Shown here in pieces: positions 37,561-50,355 of a stretch of DNA of 63,071 nucleotides; position 1 is the stretch's first letter; each line of letters begins with the position of its first letter. Position numbers and translations under genes: made by a program. Source of the DNA: Hydrolagus affinis. Lineage: Eukaryota. Where the stretch lies: contig JAAILG010000006.1 of assembly GCA_012026655.1 (NCBI GenBank), positions 186,001-249,071 of the forward strand. Reading direction: 5' to 3'. The notes beneath the pieces were generated by a model. The model was not told the DNA's origin and made no database searches. It saw only the letters and a program-made list of their open reading frames with translations.

Positions 37561-38767
37561 GTAGCATTGTTATTGCTGTTTTATTATAACTATTATTATT
37601 ATTAAGCAACATCATGTTGGCTAAAACCAATAATTCTATTGAAGTACCAGTAGATAACTTCATGGAAGAATTCATCCTGATGGAAGCGCTTCAAATGGCT
37701 TCCTCTCATCTGTCACGATCTAAATTCAAATGTTCAATGAAATAAATCAGAACTGTGCCAGAAAAGTTTACTCACTTTTTGATATAGCACACATCTTGGG
37801 TAACTGCGCTATGCAGTCCGCAATCCAGATTAAAACACATACAATATTGTGCAAGAATGAAAACATTGTGTAGATGCTGTTTTTAGACTTGTAAGGTATG
37901 AAATATTCATTGTTAATAACGACGTAAATTTGAATGGTATGTTCTCAGTTCACACAGGGCAAAAAGGCTTTCTGTTATGACCATAAATATTTATGAACTT
38001 CATTATATTTGTGCAGGCATCACAGGCCATATTGAATGCATTATTTGTGTCACACTGAGTGGGTGACAGCAAACTATTAATGTCAAAAAAGTTTGGTGAA
38101 GAAATATGCTGTTGTTATATGTTGCAGATTTTTTGCAGCATATTTCAATGCTAATTAAGTCAACATCTTTAGTGCCATACTATAAATGTGTCCCTTTTGT
38201 GTGTATTTGCATATGTTATTATGCAAGACTATGCATCCCCATAATTTATTAAACTACTGTTCATTTTACAATAATGTGAAAAAGCAAGAGCAGACTTTAT
38301 ATAGCTCAGTAAATCTGTTGCACCGTTTCTGTACTGCAAGTGCCAATTTTTCCAAGTTATTAATAGTTTGTTCTTCAAGTGATGAATTGTTTTAGTTGAA
38401 TAAACTTGATTACTTCTACCTGATAGGAAATATATATTTATAAGGATTAGCGAGCCGTTCTGGGTCCAGTGTACACCAGGTGATTCATTAATAATGCGGC
38501 AACCCAGTATTTAAATATCTAATTTATTATTAACCTAATTTGCATTCAACTGCTCTGCTTTTGAGAATTAATTTAGAAGATCTTTTTCCAAGCGAGCCCT
38601 AGATATAGGGACTGATTTGTGAGAACCACAAATATCTGAGTTGTACAGTGTTTAGAGCACATTGGAATGACCGGGAGCTTTGCTTTGCAATAGGGAGGCT
38701 ATTTCTTGACTGCCAATTGGAAAAATAAAGGCTCAGTGACCCTTTGCTATCAGTCACGGTATAGAAA

Positions 38768-38822
38768 ACACACACACAACACACACACACAAAATTGCAC
38801 TTATATAGCGCCTTTCATCTTT
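38768..38822 (-). mobile_element. L2 3' end with (CA)n tail
   Basis: (ac)n aaaattgcacttatatagcgcctttca. Confidence 0.7.
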
Positions 38823-39149
38823 CAGTTAAACAAAAGTGTAACTGAAGAAAGGGTCCTTTAGTGCAGTCTAATTGCTGCATTGTTCACTGCAGTGAGTTTC
38901 ATTGTAGTTTTGTATTGATGTCATGTTATACTACAAAAGAGGGGAAGGACAAAACGAGTTATTTCCTGTGACTTCCTGGATGCTCTCAACAATGTATTAA
39001 ATTGATACGTATAGGTTTTCTTTTATGGCTTTGACCTCATTGGATATGTATGCACCTAACCATGCAAGGACATATGCCCACCTGTCTCTTTCAGCAGTGA
39101 CATTGGATAGCAATCTGGTGGCAACTTGTGGTTGGGTTATCTTAAATTA

Positions 39150-39325
39150 AGATAAGTTGCATTCATATAGCGCCCTTCACGCAAGATCCCGAAAGCTTCA
39201 CCCCCACCCTATTCCCCCACCTGCTCGGCCTGACAACAAGCCAGGCCGAGCAGGTGGGGGAATAGGGTGGAGGTGGTGACCGTAAGCACGATCAAAACAA
39301 AAGGTCTTTAGGTGAGATTTGTAGG
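39150..39325 (-). mobile_element. L2 3' end carrying an internal inverted duplication
   Basis: gttgcattcatatagcgcccttcacg tail; ggtgaccgtaagcacgatcaaaacaaaaggtcttt ORF2-end-like; 34-bp inverted repeat at 39199-39275. Confidence 0.65.
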
Positions 39326-39332
39326 CGTTAAG

Positions 39333-39430
39333 TTACCCTTTCTATTCCGGGGATGTTGATGTCAATTGCAGTGGACCCAACACCACCAGAAGAAAACTGT
39401 CTAACTCACGAGACCAGGGATAAAAACTGA
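39333..39430 (-). mobile_element. Old repeat family C fragment
   Basis: Reverse complement tccctggtctcgtgagttag...gggtccactgcaattgacatcaacatccccgg aligns with 19455-19490 and 40318-40358. Confidence 0.4.
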
Positions 39431-40094
39431 GGCGGATAAAAACTAAATACTAAATACTAATAAAAACTAAATATCAAACAACATTTCCGTTTCATTTGCA
39501 GTCTTTCACACCAGGAGGACTCTCTCGAAATGCTTCATTCACTCAGTTTAAAAATATTTCATATCTTACAAGTATGCAAAACAGCAACTACACAATGCAG
39601 TGTAGTGACTGATTATTTTGCAGGCAAATCTCCTTCGTGACTCCTCATCGTGTTGAAATTCTTGGCGTCACTTATCCATTTCCTTTCCAGCCATCCTCCT
39701 GATGTGAAACCTGCTTATATAAATGTAAATTGCATTCTATACATCTCATCATGGTTCTCTTCTGCTTCTCTAAATCTCTTGGATTTCTCGATAAAGCAAA
39801 ACACTCATGGCAAAATGCAACTATCTGTTCTGTTATTGAGAACTGTATTCCAGATTTAATTGGCTGTCTCCTGCTGTTAGATGAGAATATCATCTGGCTG
39901 TGCTTGTTAACAAGTTTCGAAATAGTACATCTGCTGTATATTTAGCTGGCAGTGTTACAAGAAATTTCTCACTGCGTGTATGCAAAACTAGTACAGTTGT
40001 TAATGGGAATCATTACCTGACATGTGGCTAATGCATATCTCCTACTTTTTTTCTCTGATGCCCCCGCCCCACCCAACACCCCATGACTTAGTTT

Positions 40095-40400
40095 GTGATA
40101 CACACCGAGCTTCGGTTCCATGTGTATAGACCATCTGCCATCGAGCAATTTACCCTCGTGACCATTCTCTCCAGTGGGCTTAGCCTGGAGAGAATCCCAG
40201 CACACTGCTGTTTAATTGCGGCGTGCCTCACGTTCCATGCATGAAATTCACACGCATTCCGGTAGGAGTCACCAGGTATCGATCAGGAACGTAAAACTCA
40301 TCCTAACCTAAGGCTCTTCCTAACCCAGCAGCTGCTAACACCGACTGCAGTGACCCTACCACTGCTGTCCTGGTCATTCAAGCTTTTCAACAACCCCACA
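40095..40400 (-). mobile_element. Old repeat family C
   Basis: Reverse complement ggtagggtcactgcagtcgg...gggttagga...gttcctgatcgatacctggtgactcctaccggaatgcgtgtg, colinear with 19455-19570. Confidence 0.45.
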
Positions 40401-40494
40401 GATAAGCCACCTAAGTGGACAGGTAATGCTGGGCTTCATTGCGGTTGCACTGAAGAGATGGGGCAATCGATTTGGTGGACTGTCCTCTCCCTTT

Positions 40495-40830
40495 TATAAT
40501 AATCCTTGCATTTCATATAGCGTTTTCCACATCTTATCAACGTCCCAAAGCGCTTCACAGAATATACTGTAAAGTGAATTGACTGTACATATTTGTGGGC
40601 GAATCGCGGCAGCCAATTGCGCACAGCAGTGTCCCCCACAAACAGTCGTGAATTGAAATGACCAATTTTATTATTGTGGTTTTTTTGACGAGATTATTAT
40701 TAGGCGTGTGGAGAAAGGAAACTTGCCCAAGGTTTTGCCCTGACCTGCCTGGATTCAAACACAGGTCTCTCCAGCTTGGTCTCCCCAGCTTGCAAGACAA
40801 GTGCTCTAACCGGTGAGCCACAGGAGCCCC
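40495..40830 (-). mobile_element. Family B SINE, full length, with a 14-bp internal tandem duplication
   Basis: Reverse complement of 12397-12715; ggtctctccagctt/ggtctccccagctt duplicated in the tRNA head. Confidence 0.9.
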
Positions 40831-40959
40831 ACTTCTTTTAAAGTGTTTTACACTGGAGTACAAACTGTTCAAAATTCCGAGATGGATTCCAAGATGAAGT
40901 TCACGCAGACATTGCAAGCAGCTATGCAGAATGTATTTTAATATTCCTCCTTCTTGGTG

Positions 40960-41083
40960 GCATCATTTCGTGTCCGCAAAATATACAGCCAATTCACTTT
41001 GGGGTATATTTCTATAAAGCGCTTCAAGACATCTCAAAGACGTGATAAGGCGCTATATCAAAGACAAGGATTACCATTATTGT
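40960..41083 (+). mobile_element. SINE 3' end
   Basis: atacagccaattcacttt...aagcgcttcaagacatctcaaagacgtgataaggcgctatatcaaagacaaggatt. Confidence 0.75.
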
Positions 41084-44000
41084 AACCTCATGCCCACATC
41101 TCAGTGCCTGGAGGGAATTGGCTACCCCTTTAAAAGTCACTTGTTTGCTCGAGGATGAAACAAAAAACAATTTCTGGCAACCTTTAAGCTATTATAATTG
41201 GGATCTCGGACCCTCCAATCACCATATTTATTGTAGAAAGTTACGTCTCCAGTAACTGAGACGCTGTTTTGTTTTTCCCTGACTATTTAAGCACCTAATT
41301 CTAATTGTGCTCACCAGAGGCACAGTAATGTTGGCAGCAACTGTGGTTTAAGAGTCCAATGATTGACACTTGTAAAACAGCACACAGATCGTGACGTGTG
41401 GAGCGGAAACGTACCTGCCACCTGTGTTGTAGAAAAAGCAACAAAGATAGTCCAGGCTAATACTGTATGTAGCAATTTCTGAACTGTTTCCATAATAGGA
41501 AATCTAAGCAGGTCTGGTTCTGGTAACCAGAAATGCTGTACCTTACACGACTCACAGGAACTTCGCTCTAAAAGTAGGTTATGCTGGAGCACATTTAAGG
41601 ATCTACATTGCGTTCTCTTATCAATACACTTTGTTAGTATCATTACACAATAACAATAATAATAATCCTTGCATTTGATAATAGTGCATTATCACGACCC
41701 TCAAATTGTTTCCAAGATACTATCATTTCCTTTCTGTATATCCTAGGAGTATACCTTACTAGGTGGCGTTCTAATGTGCCAGATTTATAATTGTGTCCTT
41801 CCGAGAACCTCTGCCAGACGATGGCTGCCGTTTGCTTCTTCCTGAAGCCTACAGATGTCACACGCTTTTGAGGTAGTTGAAGATTTACTCTTGTGACAAC
41901 AGAATCAGGTGTTACAAACAGAGGAAATCCAATTGCAGTTAAACATTGGACTGCAATAAAAAGTATACACTGAAGAAATAATATAACCGAATGTCTAGTT
42001 GTGCAACCTAAAGAAAAATATTTATGTGAAGAGCTTCATGAACAACATTTTGAATTGTTGAATAATTTGGTTCCTTTCCTCCCCCAAAATAGAAGCGGGC
42101 ACATGTCTCCAGATACCTATATCATAAACATGGACAAAGTATATTTTGCAATGAAGGAAGAACAAGGCTCCTCAGCCACTCAAAAATAGTACAGGGCAGA
42201 TCAGGAAGAGAACAGCTCCTTCTCATGTCAGTCGTGTTATTTTCATGGGAAATTTCATGAGTATCAATGGGACTTGTGATTTGGTCTACTTCTACTTCAT
42301 TTCATCCTTCCAGAACATCCACCCTAACTGTGCCCTCATTTCAGTATGAAACTTTTTCTTAATTGAGCCCGGTGACCTGACCTCAACCATTTTTTTTCAA
42401 TGTGAAAAATATAGTGGGAATACTATTCCATTGAACAAGTGATTATAAATGATTATAAATGGGATATTTCTTCCCAATGTCACTTAAATGATATTATAAG
42501 TGAGGGTCAGATGAAGAATACCGACTCCACCTATCGAATACAAGGATTAATAGTGAGATAGCTTCCATTTGGCTGAAATGTCACTGAAGAATTCTTCTGC
42601 TGGACATAAAATACGATAAAATCCTCTGTATCGTGGCTGTCTTTGTCCTACATTTCAAGAATATTCCTATATATCATTATTACCAATAAAGAAGGATTTA
42701 GTTAATCCCAATAAATTGTAATAACTTGTAAATCAGGATGGTCTAAACAAGTTCCACTAGACACTAGCTTGGAAGGAAAATGTAGCAATAGTCAGTTCTC
42801 CCCTGACTGTCCACACCCTGTAAGAATAACTCGCCATCAATCTGTACCAAGTACATTGCATCTTAGACTCTAGGAATGCAATTTATGACAAAAATATACT
42901 GTATCAAAGGAACAACTGAAATAAAAATTTAAGGATTATTCTGCACAGGATTTATTAAGCACAAAATCTGAGGATTATATCAGGGGATACATACATGCAA
43001 TATTTCACACCAGCACTATTTCCCTCAACCCTAATACTCTCCACTACCTTTTATGCTATTGGCTGTATATCACGCTTAAATTACAGCGAGATTTCGTCCA
43101 TCTCTCACCATCAAAGGAAAACCAAATGGAAAATAAATTATAGAACAAAAATGCATTCTCTCAGGATGTCCTGCAGGCAGATCATATGCAATTATCAGGA
43201 AGCTAGAAAATTAAGGTATTCAAAACGAACATGAGCAATAGCATTCCATCATTTATTCATGACTGGACTCAATGTCAATCCAGTAACTTATCTATCACCT
43301 CCACCAAATCCTATTAACACAGCATTGACATTACTGAAGTCGGCGAGTGATTCACTCTCTGCGTGGCAGGGAAAATAAAGTTAACCCATAAACGCAACGG
43401 CTGCTGAGCAGTAAAGAAGGGAGAGCACAGAACGCCGATACATCCACTGAATTAAAGATTTACCTGCAAGCATCAAGGTAATCCTTACGCGGGTAAGACA
43501 ACACATTTGAAGATACTGATGTTGGAGATGATTGCTGGTTTCTCTTCAACTGCAGTAAAGAGAGCAAAGTTGTTACCATGATAAATGCTATGCTGTGTCA
43601 ACAAGGTTTCACTGCAGAATTAAAATGAGATTCAGCGCATATTCGTGAGCAGAATTGCAACAATTTTTGGAGGTGATTTCCAGTCTATCATTTGGTCCCC
43701 AATAGAAATTATTCTTTCATCCAGTGATATAAAAGTAATGGTGCTATAATAATTTACCATTAAGAGATATGTATTCAGCAGACCCATTAACTGTGTTAGC
43801 TGATGGCTCTAAAACACCCAACAAGAGCTCATGCATTTTAGCTCATCCTGGATCAGACAATACAATAGATGTACAAAGAATACTGCAGGAATAATTGCAG
43901 GTGCCACTGAGCTATTCAGGCTCTGTGGAGTGTCAAATATTTCTAATATGGCTTCAATGTCTCTTTTAGATTATTATTGGAATCCAGAAAAAATACAGAT

Positions 44001-44104
44001 GAAAGTGAACTGGATTTCTGCAACTTCTGCAGATTTTCAAAATTAAGACATATTTTCAGTTGTTGAAATCTGAAAATATAGTCATATTTCTGTAGTAATA
44101 TCCT

Positions 44105-44558
44105 GAAATAAAATTGTTCACTCACTCTATGGCTAATGTGAGCAAATGACTGCTGCGTTTCACCCACAAAATGCACAGTCAATCCACTTCAGGGTATATC
44201 CTGTGAAGCACTTTGAGCCGTCATTCCGATAAAGCATTATCAAATACAAGGATTATTATTATTATCATCATCAGTTTTATCTAGTAGATTGTTGACCAGG
44301 ACACTAGGATAACTCCCTTCCCTGTTCAAATAGTGCCACAGGATCTTTAATGTCCATCTGAACAGGCGGGAGTTACATACATTTTCAGATACAAATTTGC
44401 CATTCACTTCATGGGGGACACAACTGTGTGCAAATTGGTTGTCACATTTGCCAACAGACCAGCAATTCACTACACTTTACATTATCTTCTATGAAACGCT
44501 TTGGGTTGTTTCGATGCCATGATAATGTGTTACTATTAAATCCAAGCGTTATTATTGT
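44105..44558. mobile_element. SINE cluster: 3' half (+), inverted Deu-like core (-), 3' half (+)
   Basis: 44105-44272 and 44392-44558 match the SINE 3' half; 44285-44370 matches the core in reverse. Confidence 0.75.
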
Positions 44559-44954
44559 GAAACAGCTAATTTCTTCACCCCGCGCCCCCACCACCACCAC
44601 CCAACATGTGTAATGGTTAATTTGAGGCAGTGAGTATGGAGGCAAATATGTGAAAAGTAAAGGTTTGCTTTTTGTTAATAAAAGTTATGTTTGTTAGCCT
44701 CCACAGGCAATTTATACAAGGAAGCCTGTCTAAATGTTACAAGCCTCATCAAAATGCCAAAGAGCGACAGTAGGCGAAGAAATAATTAGTTGTTAAATAA
44801 GAGTATGTTTGTCTGATTTAATGAAGCATTTGCATATTGTTTTGCTGGTACCTTTTCGCATGATTTCTGTTGAGTATTATTTAGCCAGTGAGGTTTTGTT
44901 TGCTCATCAGAACTCAGCAGAACTTCAAGTGAGCAAATGTGGTGGTGATTCTAT

Positions 44955-45360
44955 TATCTGTAGAATATTAATATCATAGCCTTTGATATGATATCTCTGA
45001 AAGTCAAAACCTCTCTGAGGTTTCTGTACAGTAAAGAGACTGTGTATTTGTTGATGAATACAGCAGCCAATTTGCGCACAGCAGTGTATGAACAAACAGC
45101 CATGAAGCAAATGATTAATTTTCTTTTTCTTTAGCGAATCATTGCCTGGATCATTGGGGAAAAAAACCCTTCTCTTTTTAAGTGCTTTTCATTCAGTTTA
45201 TTTAATCAAATTACTGTATTTTGTTCACATGAAACCATGCACACATTCAAAGAATAGTAATCCTTCCATTTGGTATAGTGTCTTCCACGTCGGGAGGAGT
45301 CTCGCAGGAAATGCTTCACAGGATATACCATATATAGTGACTACATACTTTATAGGCAAT
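44955..45360 (-). mobile_element. Two SINE 3' fragments
   Basis: cagcagccaatttgcgcacagcagtg...caaacagccatgaag; aatccttccatttggtatagtgtcttccacgtcgggaggagtctc...gcttcacaggatata. Confidence 0.7.
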
Positions 45361-46734
45361 CATGTTGTATGCTAGGCTGAAGGACCATCAGAAAGCACAT
45401 AATGGGAATGATTGTCCAATTACAGAAACGTTTACCAACCTTAGCAGCTGAGCTCAAATGATTATTTCCAATCAGTATAGTTAGCAACTTTGGTGAGTGG
45501 CCTGGTAATGGGATTTTTTTCATTTGGAACTCATCTTGCTAAGACTTCTATATATACCAACCAGTGGAGGCGAATCACCCGAATATTGTCCTGTCCAGTG
45601 AGTGCTTAGGTGTCATTGATTTAACATCAACCAATCATCTAAGTCATGGTTTAGTTGGACTGTAAATCTAGGACGCAAATGATCAATCAATGCAATTAAT
45701 GGGGAACTGGCATATAAGCAGTAACGGTCCTAACAGATAGACGTAATAAAATCCTTAAGTTGCACTTATTGACAGGACTGCTCAACGCACTTTGAACCAT
45801 CCTCCTGACATGAAAGGGTACTATATTAAAGTGAAGTTGCAATGTATTGTGTTGCTCTGATTTTATCTGCCAACATGTCTTATGGCATAAGGAATTGGAA
45901 AAAGCTTAGTGTTAAATTGCTGCCTTATTGAAGAATGTGGTTTATTTATTTCTCCCTGTAAGCTGCAAAGTGAGCAGATGATTCAATGGATTTTATTGGT
46001 TCATTCAATAACATTTATGGCGGCACTAGGGATGCTTTGCCAAGCACAGTATTAGACTGAACAAAGTAACATGCTATTATGATTTTTGTTGATAAGCTTC
46101 AACCAGGTGCAAACAACCAACAAACTGAATAGACCTCGCTGAGTCTGGATAAGATGTTTAAACTGGTTGAATTCATCTTTCTGAGTAGAAAAATATGTTT
46201 GCGGTCCCACCAGGAAATCTAATGGACTTCCACTGAAACAAATCTTTGCAGTCATGCAGAGCAGCTTTGGGACATGGTGGGTCCCTTGCGACTGTGAGAT
46301 TTTCCGCAAGTCATGGAAGAGAAAAAGGGATTTGCATGTATTGCCATCTGCAGTTGCTGTTATCAGTCACCTAAACAATCTGTCAGCCACAGATTGGAAT
46401 AATTTTAACAGAGTTTGAATGTTTTTGTTCTGCCTTTTTATCCTACGTAAATGAAAATGAGGGAAGAGTGCTCTACAACGTGCCTACAAATAAACTGATC
46501 AAATTAGTTCATTAATGAACCTGTCAAAGGACACTGCCACAAGAATATTCAGGTTTAGATGGATTGGCATTGATCTCTTCCTCTCACCCTCTATTTGTTG
46601 CAATCACAGCAGAGACTTCAGCAACACTTTGAACACGCAACAAGACCCGATTCTGGAATTATTATATGTGTGTAATTGTGCAATGTACCCTCCCTCTTAT
46701 TTGAAGGAGATAACAAAACAATGCAATACTTAAA

Positions 46735-47125
46735 ATAATAATGATCCTTGCACTTGATCACATCAGTGAAACTCAATCCAATAAATTTACATTTGATTGG
46801 TATGTTTCATGTCGTGAGAGTCTCAAAGATCTTCACAGCAATGACTTTAGTCGATGCTGCGAAGCACTTTAAGATATCCTCCAGACATGAAAGGGTATTT
46901 GGGTGGAACAAGGCAGCCAATTTGCACACAGGAATGTCCCACAATCAGCCAGGATTTCATTCTGCAGTGTTAATTTGGCTCAGTTCATAGCACTTATATC
47001 TTTGGATAGAAAAAGTTATGGGTCTCATAGTCTTGGTTGGCACTCCAGTGAGTGCAGTCCCATGTGGAGCAATGCATTGTGCAGCCGCTGTCTTTTTTGG
47101 GATGATGTGTTAAAGCAAGACCTCA
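46735..47125. mobile_element. Jumbled SINE fragments (3' parts on minus, 5' head on plus)
   Basis: aataataatgatccttgcacttgat; gcagccaatttgcacacaggaatgtcccac; tggctcagttcatagcac head at about 46976. Confidence 0.55.
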
Positions 47126-47624
47126 CCTGGTTTACAATCCCACCATATATTTAAATAAATGTAGGCTATGAAGACATAAAGCTGGATCAGCTCTCACTCA
47201 GGCAATTGCATAAAATATGCATGTGGTTGCCGGACAACGTTAGAGTGCTTTGTCATAGCCGGGCTGGAAAATGTTAAGTTTTTTTTAACTCTAGTCCGGC
47301 TTTGATCTATAACTGATTAATTCTTACTTCACGAGAATCTGAGGAACCATTTTAGCCTCAGGGCGAGTGATGAGAAACTATCACTGCAAGAAAGCATTTT
47401 ACAGGTGATGTCTTACTGCATTGCCAGGAACCTAAATCCAATTCCCAGTTCAAATTAGATATGTTCAGATGTGTCCTAAATTTAAAATATCAGTGTTGGA
47501 AATGTACATGGGCAGAGGTATCACAATGAGTCATCGTCCTAGGGAAGAGATCAAAAAAATACCATATTGAGTTTCTGCCCAAATCTTTAATGATCTTAGT
47601 GACCTAGAACCACGGAATCATGGA

Positions 47625-47770
47625 CAATTACAATGCAGAAGGAGGCCCTTCAGTCCTTTGTGTCTGCACTGGCTCTCAGAGCAGGCTGCACTTTGAATGC
47701 CACTGGCACACCTCATCCCAAAGCCCTTTCAAGCCTCCAACGTTCAGAAACCTGTCTACATTCACAGACA
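47625..47770 (-). mobile_element. CR1 3' UTR/end fragment
   Basis: gcagaaggaggcccttcagtcctttgtgtctgcactggctctc is homologous to 56424-56470. Confidence 0.65.
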
Positions 47771-49149
47771 TCCATATACCACAACTCCTGTGTTACAGCA
47801 AATGTTAATAATGAACTGTAGCGCAGTTGGGGGATTCAGATTTTCCAAAGATACATCAACTTCACTCGATCCTTTGTGGCGTCATCGGATGCCTGAGGCT
47901 GTGCTGCCGTCTGTCCAACACCAAAATCCAAGTGTTGTTATTGATGCCATAAACTGCTGAAATCTAGGTCATCTCTTTGAGAGCTTCAGAAATGTCTGCA
48001 GGCATAAGTTGAATAATTGAATAATTACATTATCAATAATCTATTTGAATTATCTCAGCAGCGCACCACAAAAAGCAAGGCGTTTACCATTTACCATTGA
48101 TTCCGTGGCATGGTACAAAGATAGTATACCAGTAAACGTAAGGTAGCATTTAGAATACAGTTTAATACAACACTCTGTCTTTGATTTCTTTGGGGGTGTC
48201 AATTCTAATAACATGTTTTGAGTATGTTACTTTATATTGCAGATTTCTGATTAAGATAATTGTGGATGTGAATTTCATTCAGTGATAACTGAACTTAATA
48301 GTAGGTCTGTGCTTCTGGAAAGAAGACAATGCACATAAAATAGCTCTATAAAGTTGCACAGGAGCACAAATACAATAATCTATCAAAGGCTAAATTTCTG
48401 TCTAGGTCCTGGTACACTGGGATTATTGTACTACAGATCCTGGGCAAAACAGATATGATTTCAGAGTTTAATATCCGTTCATGAGTGTTCAGCCATATAT
48501 ATCCTCAATTGCATTCTACTTAAATTGCCATCAATGCTAACCCTATCCAATGTTGCTGTCACAGCATAACTTTTCTCAATGTCTCACGACTGAAGATATT
48601 CCAGATTACAGTTCATCTGTGAACTTTCACAACATCTCAGTTAAATATTATAAATACAAATTGTTTTGATCAGCAAATAACAAGTCAGAATACATGTTAA
48701 TTTCCCACTATGAATAATCAAGCGAACAAATGACACGTTTCTGTAGAATCTCTCACTAGTGTGGTAAAATGTTTCAAACCAGGACTTTCCATTACTGCTC
48801 TTTCATCAATAGCTTTTGTTTTGAATGAATTGGATGTTGGGGGGAAAATAGCTTCCTATCATCCTGCAATAGGTATAAAATGTTAGGTGAGTAAAGCTCA
48901 AGTGGGATATATTGCAGGCTTTACTTTATCGTATAAATTCAGATTGTAAAATCAGCAAGGATATCATTATATTGGAATTACCAAGAAAAGAGTTCTAGCT
49001 GAACAAGCAGTGGGAAGGAAGCTTGCCAGACAGTTCTCTGAATGGAAAGTTCTATGAAAGCTAATGAAACCCCAGCAGTATTCCACCAAACATTCTGGTG
49101 TCAACCTGCACCTCACACTCTTTGGAATTAGGGTAAGCGGGAGATTGGG

Positions 49150-49262
49150 GGAATGCTCCATTCCAGTGACAGGAACATTCCTGTGTGCAAGGTGGCATAC
49201 CTACACTTTGAGATATCTCAAAGACGTGATAAGGTGCTGTATCAAATGCAGGAATTTGGATA
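49150..49262 (+). mobile_element. SINE 3' end
   Basis: ggaacattcctgtgtgcaa...ctttgagatatctcaaagacgtgataaggtgctgtatcaaatgcagg. Confidence 0.7.
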
Positions 49263-50214
49263 TTCATAGGCATTGGGATGGGTTTCTGAATATGTCAAAC
49301 ACCTGACTGACCAAATAAAAAGTCATCTTAAATGATCAGGGAAGAAAAAATTATAATTACCTTCTGTGAGGTTTAATGATTCAAGCTCAGCAGTTACCTT
49401 CAGTCAAGCAGAAACATCGAAGTAATGGCTATCCAGGCTGTAAAAAGTTGATAGGAACTTAGTTAACGGAAACAAATTAAAAAGAAGAGATGAATTTCCA
49501 ATGCAGAAGCCAACTGTTTAATCACGGGTACTCCTGATATCATCATGCTATTAATTATTCCAGAGCAGCCATATTCAGTCTAAACGCCTTTTGCATCAGC
49601 ATCATACCACATCTCACTCGTAGAATGTTAAACAGAATCCAAATGCCATCTGCACTGTAGGGGTGGACAACTAATTGCATTCATGTTTCAACAGGTCAGA
49701 TCGTTGAAATGGAGTAATTCTTACACTTTCGGATTCCTGGTTAGAATTTTTGATAACTAACAGATGGAAGCAATGTCCAAGTAGCCGACATCTGTTGTTC
49801 TTCACAGTATACGCTCTTCAAGTGTTACTGTTGATGGGCACTGTAGGTGACTATTTGCTATGTTTCTGTCCCCCCCACCGCCCCCATTTCTGAGTATGGC
49901 ATCCTTTAAAGGTACTTCTCTTTCCAACGGATTCCGCAGATTTAAGTATTCGAGGCAATGCAACTTTCTATTTTTCAATTTTCGGTTTTAATTGTCAAAT
50001 TGAAACTCGCCAGTCTATCCTGCTGAAAACAACTCACCTTTATGTCAGGTGGTAAAAAGGATTAACAGCTCAATTTACAATTCCTGCTGTAAAATCACAT
50101 TGGCCAGGGCTGGGGAAGGTTCACCGTGTGAGCAATTAATCACCCCCATCCCATAACCAGCACCAATGCTGTTTGCAGCCAGTGTGATTATCACAGCACC
50201 AATGGTTTTCAAAA

Positions 50215-50355
50215 TACTTTGGCTTTTGCCAGAGCTTGTGGATTTAAGCCTCACGACAGGACTCTGAGCTCAAATGGTCCAAGCTGACACTCCTATGCAG
50301 TTTGGGGAGGGGGATGCAATTTTCCAGTTGCTGTCCTTTGGATGAGGCAATATTT
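50215..50355 (+). mobile_element. Family A SINE 5' fragment
   Basis: gcttgtggatttaagcctc...ggactctgagctc...ccaagctgacactcctatgcag...gctgtcctttggatgagg. Confidence 0.6.
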
